Notes: a model not told the origin generated them from the letters alone. A stretch of DNA of 64,000 nt from an uncultured virus (IMG/VR IMGVR_UViG_3300044833_000105) (IMGVR_UViG_3300044833_000105); one strand, 5' to 3'; positions 47,787-57,789 are shown, counted from the stretch's first letter. Made by a program: numbers and translations.

Positions 47787-47905
47787 ATCTGGTTTGCTTG
47801 GTCCCAAGCAGCGTTATCCCCGACAGCATCTCTTGTTGCCGGTCGCCTCTTCGGAAACAACAGGTAGAACGCTTCACATACTAGCCACGCGATGATTGAA
47901 AACAT
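47783..47905 (-). CDS. Small membrane peptide (40 aa)
   Basis: MFSIIAWLVCEAFYLLFPKRR...; SD AAGAGGAG. Confidence 0.5.
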   Translation of the reverse strand: MFSIIAWLVCEAFYLLFPKRRPATRDAVGDNAAWDQANQI

Positions 47906-47938
47906 ATACTCCTCTTGATTAACTACTAATCGTCAATA

Positions 47939-48094
47939 TCACTTCACCCGCCATCGTTTCTCTCTATCCCTGCCCTCGCGATACACGCCGAACACTCCAC
48001 CAAACACAAATCCGATGAAAAATAGCATTCCCACTAACGCTATAATCTGAGTCCACTCCACCTCAAACCTGAGGGTCGCTATGACGCTGGTCAT
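47939..48094 (-). CDS. Small single-TM protein (51 aa)
   Basis: WTQIIALVGMLFFIGFVFGGVFGVYREGRDREKRWRVK. Confidence 0.5.
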   Translation of the reverse strand: MTSVIATLRFEVEWTQIIALVGMLFFIGFVFGGVFGVYREGRDREKRWRVK

Positions 48095-48213
48095 TTTTGT
48101 ACCGGACCTTCCGCTATCATCACTTCACCCGCAGAAACTTACGCCACCGCCCGCCCCGCCACCTGACGATCAGCTCCACGCTGTGCCGTCCCTTCTCAAG
48201 ATCAGCGCCATTT

Positions 48214-48717
48214 TCAAGCAGTTCGATCAGCCTGGCCCCCTCTTCCTCGACCGCGATTTTTGCTTGGACGTACAGGTCCAAGTCCTTTTGCAATATCTTC
48301 GAGCGTGAGCTTTGGGGAAACGTCAGCGTGGGTTGCGCCATTGTCGGTCACGAGGCTTTCCAGGGCCGATAACGCACGCGCTGCCGCTTCTATCCTCCAC
48401 GGCGCAGCATGGGGCCAGCGATCCCGAAGCAATGAATCCCACTCTCCGATGTGGGATGAGTCATTATCGACGGATTTGCCCGAATGGGCAAGTATTTTTT
48501 CTCGTTTACTATCTTGGTCGTGTGTGCATACCTCTTTCGAGGTATGCGGGATATCGCGGAGCCACAACTCCAGCGCTTCGTGAACGGCGGATTGAAAGCT
48601 GACTCGCGACTCGCCATACTTGCGCGTTAGCACTTTCTGTTCAACCCTCAACCTCAAATCCGGGTCAAGACGCACCGACGTCTCAATTTTTTTGCTTTTT
48701 ATTTCCTTGCCGCTCAT
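48214..48717 (-). CDS. Putative repressor with ribbon-helix-helix-like N-terminus
   Basis: KIETSVRLDPDLRLRVEQK...SFQSAVHEALELWL; divergent from early operon. Confidence 0.55.
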   Translation of the reverse strand: MSGKEIKSKKIETSVRLDPDLRLRVEQKVLTRKYGESRVSFQSAVHEALELWLRDIPHTSKEVCTHDQDSKREKILAHSGKSVDNDSSHIGEWDSLLRDRWPHAAPWRIEAAARALSALESLVTDNGATHADVSPKLTLEDIAKGLGPVRPSKNRGRGRGGQADRTA

Positions 48718-48735
48718 ACGCTTGCCTGCTTTCAA

Positions 48736-48787
48736 GCGTTCTAAAGCGCATTGACCTATTGCGTTCTAAAACACATGGTGGTATTCT
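48736..48787 (+). promoter_or_regulatory. Early promoter and repeated operator candidates
   Basis: TTGCGT-17 bp-TATTCT with TG extension; GCGTTCTAAA at 48736 and 48761. Confidence 0.6.
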
Positions 48788-48803
48788 TCCTCTACCATTA
48801 CGT

Positions 48804-48983
48804 ATGAGCATTAAAACAGTTCAGATAGTGAAATGCAAGCGATGCGGCCATTCGTGGCTACCGCGTGGGTTCGGAAGACCTACGCTTTGCCCGGTTTGCA
48901 AACGCACTAATTGGGATACCGCGAAAGAGACTAAAGCGTCGCCTCCTCTCGACAAGGAACGACGCAGCGTGAGCGCGGTATGA
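48804..48983 (+). CDS. Small Zn-ribbon protein
   Basis: CKRCGHSWLPR....PTLCPVCKRTNWD. Confidence 0.7.
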   Translation: MSIKTVQIVKCKRCGHSWLPRGFGRPTLCPVCKRTNWDTAKETKASPPLDKERRSVSAV

Positions 48984-49255
48984 CCAATAACGATTTCAAA
49001 GAACGCAAGACCGTGGTTTCCATCCGGTCTCGAATCAAATCTGAAGCTAGTTTGCCCGAACCTCCAACGCCGTGCAATACCCGCAAACCACAACGAATTG
49101 AAAAGACTAACGCGATTTGCTTTTGCGACACCGTGTATGCCCGCGTTCATGGCCATCGACTCGTGCGCGACTTCGTGAGTGGCGATTCAATAGCCCTCGT
49201 CGCGCTGAAAAAACGCGTTCATCAGGCCACCGTAGAGCTTGCGCTCCGGGACTAA
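48980..49255 (+). CDS. Hypothetical protein
   Basis: Coupled ORF. Confidence 0.5.
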   Translation: MTNNDFKERKTVVSIRSRIKSEASLPEPPTPCNTRKPQRIEKTNAICFCDTVYARVHGHRLVRDFVSGDSIALVALKKRVHQATVELALRD

Positions 49256-49275
49256 TTGTTAAACAAGAGGGCCGC

Positions 49276-49737
49276 ATGACGGTAGAGCGATCCATTTATT
49301 ACGGCATGCTTCAGCGTTGCTATAACCAAAAATCTCCCAGCTATAAGAACTACGGAGGCAGGGGCATTACGGTCTGCGAAGAATGGCGCAAGAGCCCAGA
49401 GGCGTTTATGCGTGACATAGGCCAGCGTCCTTCTCCACTACACTCCATCGGCATAATCTACAACGACGGGCCGTATTCGCCAATGAACTGTGAATGGCAG
49501 ACACAAAGGCAGCAGATGCGGAACACGCGGCTGACGAAGTATCTAACATACAAGGGCCGCACCGCACCGTGTATTGAGTGGGCTGAGGAATCGGGAATCA
49601 AGCAGTGCACTATAGAGTCCCGCATTAGGTCTGGATGGACCCCATCGCAAGTGCTGAATATGCCCGTGATTCGCACGGTTAACTATTGCATGCGCGATGC
49701 GTGGGAACGCACCCTTGACAGTCTGGAGCGCGCATGA
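49276..49737 (+). CDS. HNH-like homing-endonuclease-type protein, probably degenerate
   Basis: MLQRCYN.K...YKNYGGRGITVCEEW...SIGIIYNDGPYSPMNCEW (family usually has SIDRIDN). Confidence 0.75.
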   Translation: MTVERSIYYGMLQRCYNQKSPSYKNYGGRGITVCEEWRKSPEAFMRDIGQRPSPLHSIGIIYNDGPYSPMNCEWQTQRQQMRNTRLTKYLTYKGRTAPCIEWAEESGIKQCTIESRIRSGWTPSQVLNMPVIRTVNYCMRDAWERTLDSLERA

Positions 49738-50417
49738 ATAGAACTTGGATCACCGACGGAAACGGAAATCGCAACTCCGTAGAATATTGGGGATCACGAG
49801 AAGCAGCAGAGCGAGCGCTAGCGAGCTTAAAAAATTGCTCCGACTGCTCCGACTGCTCCCGCTGCTCCGGCTGCTCCGACTGCTCCCGCTGCTCCGGCTG
49901 CTCCGTCTGCTCCGACTGCTCCGACTGCTCCGACTGCTCCGACTGCTCCGACTGCTCCGACTGCTCCCGCTGCTCCGGCTGCTCCGACTGCTCCCGCTGC
50001 TCCGGCTGCTCCGACTGCTCCCGCTGCTCCGACTGCTCCGACTGCTCCGGCTGCTCCCGCTGCTCCGACTTAGAGAAAGCCAAGCCGATCAATAGCGACA
50101 ATCCATACGTCGCGCCTGTAGTTCCCGTTGTGCCAGATTTACACGCCAAAATATACGCCGCTGTTTCTCAGCCCGGAGCACTAGACATGGGCCACTGGCA
50201 CAAATGTGAGAAGACGCATTGCCGTGGCGGATGGGTGGTCGCGCTAGCTGGTGAGGCCGGTTACAAACTAGAGCAGTTCCACGGCGACACATTGATGGCG
50301 GCGATGCTGATCTACGACGCAAGCTGCCCGGGATTCAAGATCAATCCAGCGCGGTTCTTCGATAGCAATGAAGCGGCAATAGCAGATATGAAGGCCCTAG
50401 CCGAGGCCAACGCATGA
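49734..50417 (+). CDS. Cys-Ser-X repeat protein with conserved C-terminal domain
   Basis: 26 x CS(D/R/G/V); LDMGHWH.C..THCRGGW. Confidence 0.8.
   Translation: MNRTWITDGNGNRNSVEYWGSREAAERALASLKNCSDCSDCSRCSGCSDCSRCSGCSVCSDCSDCSDCSDCSDCSDCSRCSGCSDCSRCSGCSDCSRCSDCSDCSGCSRCSDLEKAKPINSDNPYVAPVVPVVPDLHAKIYAAVSQPGALDMGHWHKCEKTHCRGGWVVALAGEAGYKLEQFHGDTLMAAMLIYDASCPGFKINPARFFDSNEAAIADMKALAEANA
49836..50069. repeat. 9-bp tandem repeat, 26 units
   Basis: TGCTCC(GAC/CGC/GGC/GTC). Confidence 0.95.
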
Positions 50418-50565
50418 AGCCACGCCACTGCCTCATCTTCGCCGCCATCGCGTTCCTTAGCGGCATGCTCGACGAATCGCAGGGCGACTCCGCCGCGTGG
50501 GTGTGGTACGGTCTCAGCCTCGTGGCGTTTGCTGCATTCGTGCGCGTGCTGGGCGGGAGGAAGGC

Positions 50566-51015
50566 GTGAACGTGAAGAGCGCGCTGAAGGGAAAAACAAA
50601 GGCACAACACATGCAACCAGATCCGAAATTCGTGGGAGTCACTAAAGAGGGAAAGGTCGTGGACTCACTTCCCGTCCTTGACGAAGTAGCTTACGACCCA
50701 ACCCAAATGACGGTGGATTTAACTAAGAGCGAGAAGAGGCGCACCACCGCTCTGATGTTAGCAATTCAAGCATACGAAAAACTCATCATCAAAGACGCTG
50801 AGATGTACGAGGCGATCAGCAGAGACCGGGAGCGTAAAAACGGACCTGTAATTCAACCAGCCACAATTAACGCAATGGTCGAAGCCGCAATGGATTTTGA
50901 TGATTTTATCGCTGGCAGGTTTGATGAGATTGGGACCACGAAGCAAATTTACGATGATCCTCCGTCGGTTAATCACGAACCGGAGGAGGCAACAGAGGTT
51001 ACCACGAATGCTTGA
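50566..51015 (+). CDS. Hypothetical protein
   Basis: GTG after GGAGG. Confidence 0.6.
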   Translation: MNVKSALKGKTKAQHMQPDPKFVGVTKEGKVVDSLPVLDEVAYDPTQMTVDLTKSEKRRTTALMLAIQAYEKLIIKDAEMYEAISRDRERKNGPVIQPATINAMVEAAMDFDDFIAGRFDEIGTTKQIYDDPPSVNHEPEEATEVTTNA

Positions 51016-52276
51016 GAACCACCGTGTTTTCCCCGAGCTTCCCAGCAGCATCGACCATCGACGCGCCGAGGATCTGCGGATAGATCGGGAGTGGGCGCAA
51101 GCCGGCGCAGGGCAGCAGCCGAAGCGGTGTTTGGAATGCGATGAGAAACCGTGTGTCTGCCTTGTTGATGGACAGATTGGAGACCTAGCGTGATGGCGAA
51201 CGAAGCGAAGCAAAGCGCGAGCAACGAAGAGATGCAGAAATGCAGGTATTGTGGCGAGCCGATTGAGCCTAACGATTTGGAGATGCGCCAAATAATATCG
51301 CGCAACTGGAAAGATTCTGGCTACAAATCTCCTCCTCGTTCATACCACAAGTCCAAGCATTGCGGCGGCTATGACCAGATGGCGCACGAAGGATGACAAC
51401 CATGCTCACATACGAAACCGAGTACTACATTGTGATCGACGGCGTGTCGTGGTCTTATGGCGAGGCCATCCATCTGGCGCTGGCCGACATGGATATCGAG
51501 GCGAGGTACCCAAGTCTGTATTCGCATCTGTACGGAGGGCCGAAGCAATGAGCGGCTCTTATCCATTTGGGCTCGATCAGCAGGGATTCGACTCCGCCCA
51601 CGACCAGATGGACAGCGAGCGCACAATCCACGCGGTGAAGCCCAACGACGACAGCGCGTTTGTGGAGTTGCGGAAATCGGTCGAGGAAGCACGCAAGCAA
51701 GTTGAGTTGCGGCTGATTCGCGCGAAAGTTTTGCTGCCGAGGAAACCGTGAACATCCTCCGCATCCTCGCCACGGTCGTCGCCCTGCTAGTAGCAGCGGC
51801 GTACGTGATGGCTAATTACGACGAGCGGCCGGCGGATCGCAGCGCTACGGAGGTACGGGGGCTGTGAGCGCTCAATCGGTGCCGAACACGTATGAACAGG
51901 CGGCTCGTGAAAAGAAGTGTCGCTTGCTGGCTCGGTTCCTAGTTGACGAGCTCGCGAACGTGTTGAGCAAGCCGGAGAACGAAGCGATGTGGATCGACGC
52001 GGCGCGTGAGGCTGGAGTCAATGAGCCTTCGCCAGAATCGCGGAAAATTATTTTGCAAATGTCGAGGGAAAAGTAATGGCAAAACGAACAACCGAAATAC
52101 AGCGCATACAGACTTATTTTGAGACCGCTGAACCGGCTGCGATCCAGGTGGCCTACGAGGTCATTCAGGGGATCGTTAAGCGCAGGAATGGCGCGAGTAC
52201 GCCAGCACGTAAGGTTAGAGCCGATAAGGGCACCAAGCGTCAGGATGCATTGCCACTTAGTGAGGCGACCGCGTGA
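51008..52276 (+). other. String of small early hypothetical ORFs
   Basis: Coupled ORFs including 51190-51396, 51864-52076, 52076-52276. Confidence 0.55.
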
Positions 52277-53016
52277 GCACCCAGCAGCAACTTGCAGTAG
52301 TTGATGAGCCCGGCGCGATTCAGCGTGCTCCCAGTGTATACGAGATATTCGCGCAGCTCGCCCGTGATCCAAATATTGATCCGGCCCGCATTCAGCAGTT
52401 GATGGAATTGCAGGAACGAGCGGAAGCCCGCCAAGCGGAGCGTGACTTCATTGCGGCCATGAACAGGCTTCAGCCGCGATTACCACGTATCGGCAAAGAC
52501 GGCAGCATCGACCTCGGACGCGGCAAGCCGATGAAGTTCGCCAAGTACGAGAGCATAGACGCCGTGATTCGTCCCCTTCTGACACAAGAGGGGTTCTCTA
52601 TTGCCTTCGGGACGACTGCCAACGACAAGGGCATAACGATCACGGCAACGTTGTCGCACGCGGCCGGGCATTCCCGCACGGAGAGCATGCCGTTGCCATT
52701 CGATACCGGTCCTGGGCGTAATAACTTGCAAGCGGTGGGCAGCACGCTGAGCTACGGCAAGAGGTACTTAATTTGCGCGATGCTTAACCTCGTCACTGTA
52801 GGCGAAGATGACGATGGGAATGCCTCTGGTGCAATCAGCAAAGTTCAGGAGGAAAACATTCAGGCGCTAATGTCCGAATGCGCGTTGAGCCCCGAGGGCA
52901 TCTCAAAGTTCATGGAGTTCATGGGCGTAAAGGCTCTGAGTGACATTCAGCAGGGCGGCTACAAAGCGGCGATAAATTTCCTGGTAGCTAAGAGGCGCAA
53001 GGTAGGCGAAAAATGA
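52273..53016 (+). CDS. ERF-family ssDNA annealing protein
   Basis: FAKYESID..IRPLL...LSHAAGHS...QAVGSTLSYGKRY...EDDDGN. Confidence 0.9.
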   Translation: MSTQQQLAVVDEPGAIQRAPSVYEIFAQLARDPNIDPARIQQLMELQERAEARQAERDFIAAMNRLQPRLPRIGKDGSIDLGRGKPMKFAKYESIDAVIRPLLTQEGFSIAFGTTANDKGITITATLSHAAGHSRTESMPLPFDTGPGRNNLQAVGSTLSYGKRYLICAMLNLVTVGEDDDGNASGAISKVQEENIQALMSECALSPEGISKFMEFMGVKALSDIQQGGYKAAINFLVAKRRKVGEK

Positions 53017-53729
53017 TTTTTCACGACTGCGAACAGAACTCGGTCGAGTGGTACACGATGCGCCTTGGGATTCCAACGTCGAGTGAATTCCATAGGATTA
53101 TCACGCCCAAGACCTTGAAGATTTCTAGTCAGGCTCCCGGCTACATGTACCGGCTGCTGGCGGAGTGGATTACCGGCGAGCAGATCGAGAACGCGCAAAC
53201 CGAGTGGATGGTCCGTGGCACTGAGCTTGAGGACAAGGCGGTCCTTGCCTATGAAATGCTGACTGAGCAAGAAACTTCGCGTGGCGGATTTATCACTAGC
53301 GACGACGGAATGCTGGGATGCTCGCCAGATCGCCTTATCGGTGAAGAGGGTGACTTAGAAATAAAATGCCCACTTATTCAAACACAGGTAGAGTATGCGC
53401 TGACCGGCAAGGTTGGAGAAGATTACGCTTGCCAGTTACAGGGGCGTATGCTCATTCACGGTCGTCAGTGGATTGATATTTTCAGTTATCATCCTCGCCT
53501 GTCGATTCCGGCGATACGTGTCCGTCGCGACGATAAGTTCATCGCCGCAATGGGTCCAGTTCTGACGGCTTTCACGGAAACCATGTTTAAGGCTCGGGAG
53601 GAACTTGAGCGGCGCTTTGGTCCGTTCATCAGAGAGACACCTCCGTCTGTCGCAGACGACTGCGGAGGACTGGGCATAAGCGATGAAGACCTGGAGCAGA
53701 TTCTAGCAGCGCAGCATATGGCGCACTAG
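53013..53729 (+). CDS. Lambda-exonuclease/YqaJ-family nuclease
   Basis: QNSVEW...RLGIPTSSEF; MVRGTELE; GCSPDRL; LEIKCP; QLQG. Confidence 0.9.
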   Translation: MIFHDCEQNSVEWYTMRLGIPTSSEFHRIITPKTLKISSQAPGYMYRLLAEWITGEQIENAQTEWMVRGTELEDKAVLAYEMLTEQETSRGGFITSDDGMLGCSPDRLIGEEGDLEIKCPLIQTQVEYALTGKVGEDYACQLQGRMLIHGRQWIDIFSYHPRLSIPAIRVRRDDKFIAAMGPVLTAFTETMFKAREELERRFGPFIRETPPSVADDCGGLGISDEDLEQILAAQHMAH

Positions 53730-53745
53730 CGACCTTGTGACGTTA

Positions 53746-53774
53746 GCGGGGTCGCCAGCGGCCCCGCACTTTTT
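53746..53774 (+). terminator. Intrinsic terminator
   Basis: GCGGGGTCGC-ca-GCGGCCCCGC followed by ACTTTTT. Confidence 0.7.
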
Positions 53775-53794
53775 GAAAAAAGGAGAAATATTAA

Positions 53795-54310
53795 ATGTCC
53801 GACTCAGGAGTAACGTTCGCGGATACCTCAATCGAGGTGCTTACGCAAAAGATGATCGCGATGCTGAAGTCGTACGCGGCATCGCAGAACAAACAGGCGG
53901 TGGACGCATTCAAGGGAAAGATGGACGCCTGGCATAAAGACGTGGCCTTCCGCCAAGCGAACAATCAGCCGTTACAGCCCCAGCCCGTTCCTCCGATGAT
54001 CATGTTTCTCAACGAGGAAGTAGTAAGACAGAACGAGCAAGGTACCGGAGAGAAAGACTGGTCAAGCGTATTTTCATCCGTACCGTACGTCTACATCGCT
54101 CCGCCATCGGCCGCGACTCACCCTCCAGTGGTCATCGGGCAAGAGGACGTGAGCTACCCCGGGTTCTACGACACGGTTTCTGGTGACGGTCCCTGGGTGC
54201 CGGTTGGCTATAAGCAACCGCAAGATGGCCACGAGTACACGAAGACCGTGGTATCGCACTCTCCATTCGCTCCGGGCGGATTGGTGACGTTGTTTCAGTT
54301 GACAGCTTAA
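53795..54310 (+). CDS. Hypothetical protein
   Basis: SD AAAGGAG. Confidence 0.7.
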   Translation: MSDSGVTFADTSIEVLTQKMIAMLKSYAASQNKQAVDAFKGKMDAWHKDVAFRQANNQPLQPQPVPPMIMFLNEEVVRQNEQGTGEKDWSSVFSSVPYVYIAPPSAATHPPVVIGQEDVSYPGFYDTVSGDGPWVPVGYKQPQDGHEYTKTVVSHSPFAPGGLVTLFQLTA

Positions 54311-54347
54311 ATCCATAGAAAGGAGAACAGGGGACAACTCAAGAAGC

Positions 54348-54549
54348 GCGGCCTTGGTGGGTACTGAGGCCGCTAATTCGGGAGCCTGCCGGTTTAACTA
54401 TGCGTCGCCAATCCAGCAATGGATTGTCATGGTAGATCGCTGGTTTCCGAATTAGCGCAGGTTTGCTGGCTCGTCGAACTGAACACGGCCTTAGTAACAG
54501 TAGGGCTGAGATGGGCCAGCAATTCAGATCGGCGCGCCACTGGGGCGCG
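54348..54549 (+). ncRNA. Candidate structured RNA
   Basis: Four consecutive hairpins with G-U pairs and a GCAA tetraloop in an intergenic gap. Confidence 0.5.
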
Positions 54550-54574
54550 GAGGGGAGAGAGGGGAAACAAATAA

Positions 54575-54739
54575 ATGAAGGACAAGCAATACATTGGAGA
54601 CGGAGTATACGCGGAGTTTGATAACTTCGGTGATCTTGTTCTAACAACCGAGGATGGCGTCCTCGTCACAAACAGGATTGTGCTAGAGCCAGAAACGCTG
54701 TCCACTCTTCAGCAATTCCTTAAGACGGTGCCAGCATGA
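54575..54739 (+). CDS. Small hypothetical phage protein
   Basis: MKDKQYIGDGVYAEFD...LTTEDG...NRIVLEPE. Confidence 0.7.
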   Translation: MKDKQYIGDGVYAEFDNFGDLVLTTEDGVLVTNRIVLEPETLSTLQQFLKTVPA

Positions 54740-55233
54740 ATCCCAGCCCAAACAAAACCGAAGTGTCCAGCGTGCTGTGCAACCTGACGCTCCAGAACGC
54801 GGGCGAAGCGCCGATTCCGGAGTTCCTCCGCAACATGACCGAAGTGGAGCGCCAGAAGTTCGTTAAGCGCTTCAACGAATATGAACCAACTCCTGAGCTA
54901 CTACGCAGCGCGGGCGACGTGCAGCGCCAAGCGCATCAGTACTCGGACGACGAGACGCTCATTCCCGCCGACTATGACGAGTACCACAAGGCCAAGGAGC
55001 AAGCCTATTGCGATGTGATCAACCGAATGGCGGCGGATCATCAGAAGGTGCTCTATCAGGTTGAGATACGCGACAAGGCTATCTCTGGATTGATTGCGCG
55101 CCACTCGGAGGAATGCAAGCAGTTCGAGGCTGAAGCTGAGGACTTACGCGCCTACGTACGGCGGCGCACGATAGGCATGGCGATATTCTGCGCGGCGGCT
55201 GTGGCGATTGGTGTAGGTGGCCTGCTTAAATGA
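54736..55233 (+). CDS. Hypothetical protein with C-terminal TM
   Basis: Coupled ORF. Confidence 0.6.
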   Translation: MNPSPNKTEVSSVLCNLTLQNAGEAPIPEFLRNMTEVERQKFVKRFNEYEPTPELLRSAGDVQRQAHQYSDDETLIPADYDEYHKAKEQAYCDVINRMAADHQKVLYQVEIRDKAISGLIARHSEECKQFEAEAEDLRAYVRRRTIGMAIFCAAAVAIGVGGLLK

Positions 55234-55556
55234 AGCGCTGGATCGAGCAAGCTTTGTTGCGGGTGCTGAATAGCCGCGTCATTAACAACACTCCGTGCAA
55301 GTACGGATTCGTGGGTAATATTGATGCCTTCAGCTACGAGCACCTAGCTAGCGAGGAACGCTCGCGACCAGGAATAACGGTCAAGACGATCCTTGAGGAA
55401 GCCGACCGCTTCAAATCGTGCGCCGCGAGCAAGGATGGCGTAACGGTTATCGAACCAGATGGCACCACCCACGAAGCAACCGTTTGGGATATGCACGAAT
55501 TACGACTCGCTTTCGCCCCCAAGGAAGTAGACAAAAATGATGGAGCTAACCAGTGA
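55230..55556 (+). CDS. Hypothetical protein
   Basis: Coupled ORF. Confidence 0.55.
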   Translation: MKRWIEQALLRVLNSRVINNTPCKYGFVGNIDAFSYEHLASEERSRPGITVKTILEEADRFKSCAASKDGVTVIEPDGTTHEATVWDMHELRLAFAPKEVDKNDGANQ

Positions 55557-56341
55557 GTGAACCACGTATCGTAAGCCAGTTCTCCTGCGGTGCTGCTTCG
55601 GCGGTGGCGACGAAGATAATCCTCTCCGGGTATACAGCCGGGCGCATTGTGATATTGAACGCCTTCATCGAAGAGGAGCACAAAGACAACCGACGTTTCT
55701 TGGCCGATTGCGAGAAGTGGTTTGATCATCCGATCACCGTCATTAGGAACGAAAAGTTTGGCGCTTCAACGCACGAGACATGGCGACGTGAGCGTTATAT
55801 CAAGGGTATCCACGGAGCATCTTGCTCGCGTGCGCTAAAGCGTGACCTGCTTGATTCAGTATCGCTTCCATCCGACATTTACGTCCTTGGGTACACCGCC
55901 GAGGAACCAGACAGGCTAGACCGGTTCCTGGACGCCAACAACGGACGAACGGTGCTGACTCCGCTAATTGAAAGAGGGCTGACTAAGGCAGACTGTCTTG
56001 CGATCATCGATCGCGCCGGTATCGAACTTCCGATGATGTATCGGCTTGGGTTCCACAACGCCAATTGTATCGGCTGTCCTAAGGGCGGCGCTGGCTACTG
56101 GAACAAGATCCGCGAGGTATTTCCCACGCAGTTTTACCAGATAGCGGACATCCAGGAAGCGATTGGCCCAGCAGCAAAGTTTCTACGGAATCGCCGGACT
56201 AACGAACGTATCTATCTTCGTGAACTTGATCCGACGCACGGGAGAATTGAAGAGGAGCCGGAGATATCGTGCTCGTTCTTCTGCGAGATGGCAGAGCAGG
56301 ACATCGCGGTCGGCATCGGCATTGCGGGGTGGATGAAGTGA
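55553..56341 (+). CDS. PAPS-reductase-like (PP-loop) protein
   Basis: SQFSCGAASAVA; CSRALK; GYTAEE; YRLGFHNANCIGCPKGG.GYW. Confidence 0.8.
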   Translation: MSEPRIVSQFSCGAASAVATKIILSGYTAGRIVILNAFIEEEHKDNRRFLADCEKWFDHPITVIRNEKFGASTHETWRRERYIKGIHGASCSRALKRDLLDSVSLPSDIYVLGYTAEEPDRLDRFLDANNGRTVLTPLIERGLTKADCLAIIDRAGIELPMMYRLGFHNANCIGCPKGGAGYWNKIREVFPTQFYQIADIQEAIGPAAKFLRNRRTNERIYLRELDPTHGRIEEEPEISCSFFCEMAEQDIAVGIGIAGWMK

Positions 56342-56537
56342 AAGCTGAAGACGCAATATCAGAAGTAGCTACACCGTGGGCGGTGATCTGCCCGCGTCAT
56401 GGGCAGGTGTTCATGAATGCCGATGGCTATTTCCGGCAGATGGATTTTACGGATTCGAAGTGGATCTGTCCTAAGTGCGGCGCGAATGCTGAATGGGATG
56501 ACGAAAACTTTGAAGCGCGGGACGGAGACGGATCGTA

Positions 56538-57371
56538 ATGAGCGACCAATTCTGGAAACTGCTGACCAGCGACCTGCGCCCGCCGATTCAGGGCGGAGGG
56601 CCGCTGTTCGATGGCCAGCTACCGTACCTGTTGCCAGAGGTAGATGTGAATTCGACCGACGCCGAATGTGGCCGTGGCTGGAACTTCGTCCGCAACATCG
56701 AAACGGGATTTAGCATCGCGGGCATGTGGCGAACCCGCAGACCGAACGCAGTGCTGCTGGTAGAGCCGTCCGATGGATGGGTTGAGCGCGGCAACAAGTG
56801 TAGGGCTGCGCAGTTGAACCTTGTGCGGCATGCTACAGACGAAGAGATTAAATCCGGCTTGCTCGCGTTTTCGAAATCATTCGGTGCTCATCATAATCAG
56901 ATGGCCGAAGAGCAGTGGCAATGGTGGACGGCGCTCAAGCGACCTTGCCGCGACCGCGATAAGGTTATCACTGGCTTGCAACTAGCGCTAAAGCGGCGCG
57001 GCCTTGACTGGTTCTTGAAGGAATATCCGGCCGCCAGGGACGCCTGGAACTACAGGGACTCATGGAACGCCAGGGACGCCTTGAACGCCATGGACTCCAG
57101 GGACGCCTGGAACGCCATGGACGCCTGGTACACCTGGCACTCCAGTGCCTACAATGACCACTGGGCCGCCAGGGACGTCTGGGACTCCTGCGCCGACAGT
57201 GTCACCTGGGACGCCAGTGCCGCCCTCACGGTCAGCTTCGCTGCCCGCTCTGGCTGGATCAAGAAAGATTCCGATTTTCTGACCGCTGGAATCCGTGATG
57301 CGTATTTCAACGGTCTAGATATAGCCGTGCCCACAGGTACCAAGGAACTCGGGTGGAGCATGTGCGAATGA
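56538..57371 (+). CDS. Hypothetical protein with degenerate A-W-D/A-R-D tripeptide repeats
   Basis: ARDAWN...ARDVWD; 9-bp periodicity at about 57030-57225. Confidence 0.7.
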   Translation: MSDQFWKLLTSDLRPPIQGGGPLFDGQLPYLLPEVDVNSTDAECGRGWNFVRNIETGFSIAGMWRTRRPNAVLLVEPSDGWVERGNKCRAAQLNLVRHATDEEIKSGLLAFSKSFGAHHNQMAEEQWQWWTALKRPCRDRDKVITGLQLALKRRGLDWFLKEYPAARDAWNYRDSWNARDALNAMDSRDAWNAMDAWYTWHSSAYNDHWAARDVWDSCADSVTWDASAALTVSFAARSGWIKKDSDFLTAGIRDAYFNGLDIAVPTGTKELGWSMCE

Positions 57372-57441
57372 CGCCCCTCGCCCTCCTCGCCGTCGCCGCG
57401 CTGTGCCTGTGCCGACGGCATCGCTGCACGCGGAGGTGCGT

Positions 57442-57789
57442 ATGAAAGATCCGAATCCTTGGAAGTGCGACCAATGCGACACCAGGAAGGGTAAGGCCAA
57501 CCATTGGTGGCAAGCTTTTGGGCAAGAGGGGGCGATACCAGCTTTTCTTATTTTCCCATGGAATGAAGAAATGGCCGAGGAGTCAGGCAGGCAGCATCTT
57601 TGTAGTGAATCGTGCGTAGCTAAGGCCGCTTCGCAGTGGATGGGAAAGATTAAGGAGGCCAATAACACACAAACAAAGACGACCACGTTCGCTGCTGCTG
57701 TCGCCGAGGCCATTACGGCATTTGCGGACACGTGCTACTGCGGAGAAATATTAATGGCTGACGGACGATGCCCAGAGGGTCACGAATGA
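57442..57789 (+). CDS. Zn-finger hypothetical protein
   Basis: CDQC..KGKANHWW...HLCSESC. Confidence 0.6.
   Translation: MKDPNPWKCDQCDTRKGKANHWWQAFGQEGAIPAFLIFPWNEEMAEESGRQHLCSESCVAKAASQWMGKIKEANNTQTKTTTFAAAVAEAITAFADTCYCGEILMADGRCPEGHE

Noticed and set aside
49679..50149. Alternative-frame ORFs (EQS repeat on minus strand, LLR repeat on plus strand)
   Set aside because: By-products of the stop-free 9-bp repeat; the Cys frame has coupled start/stop codons and a conserved domain
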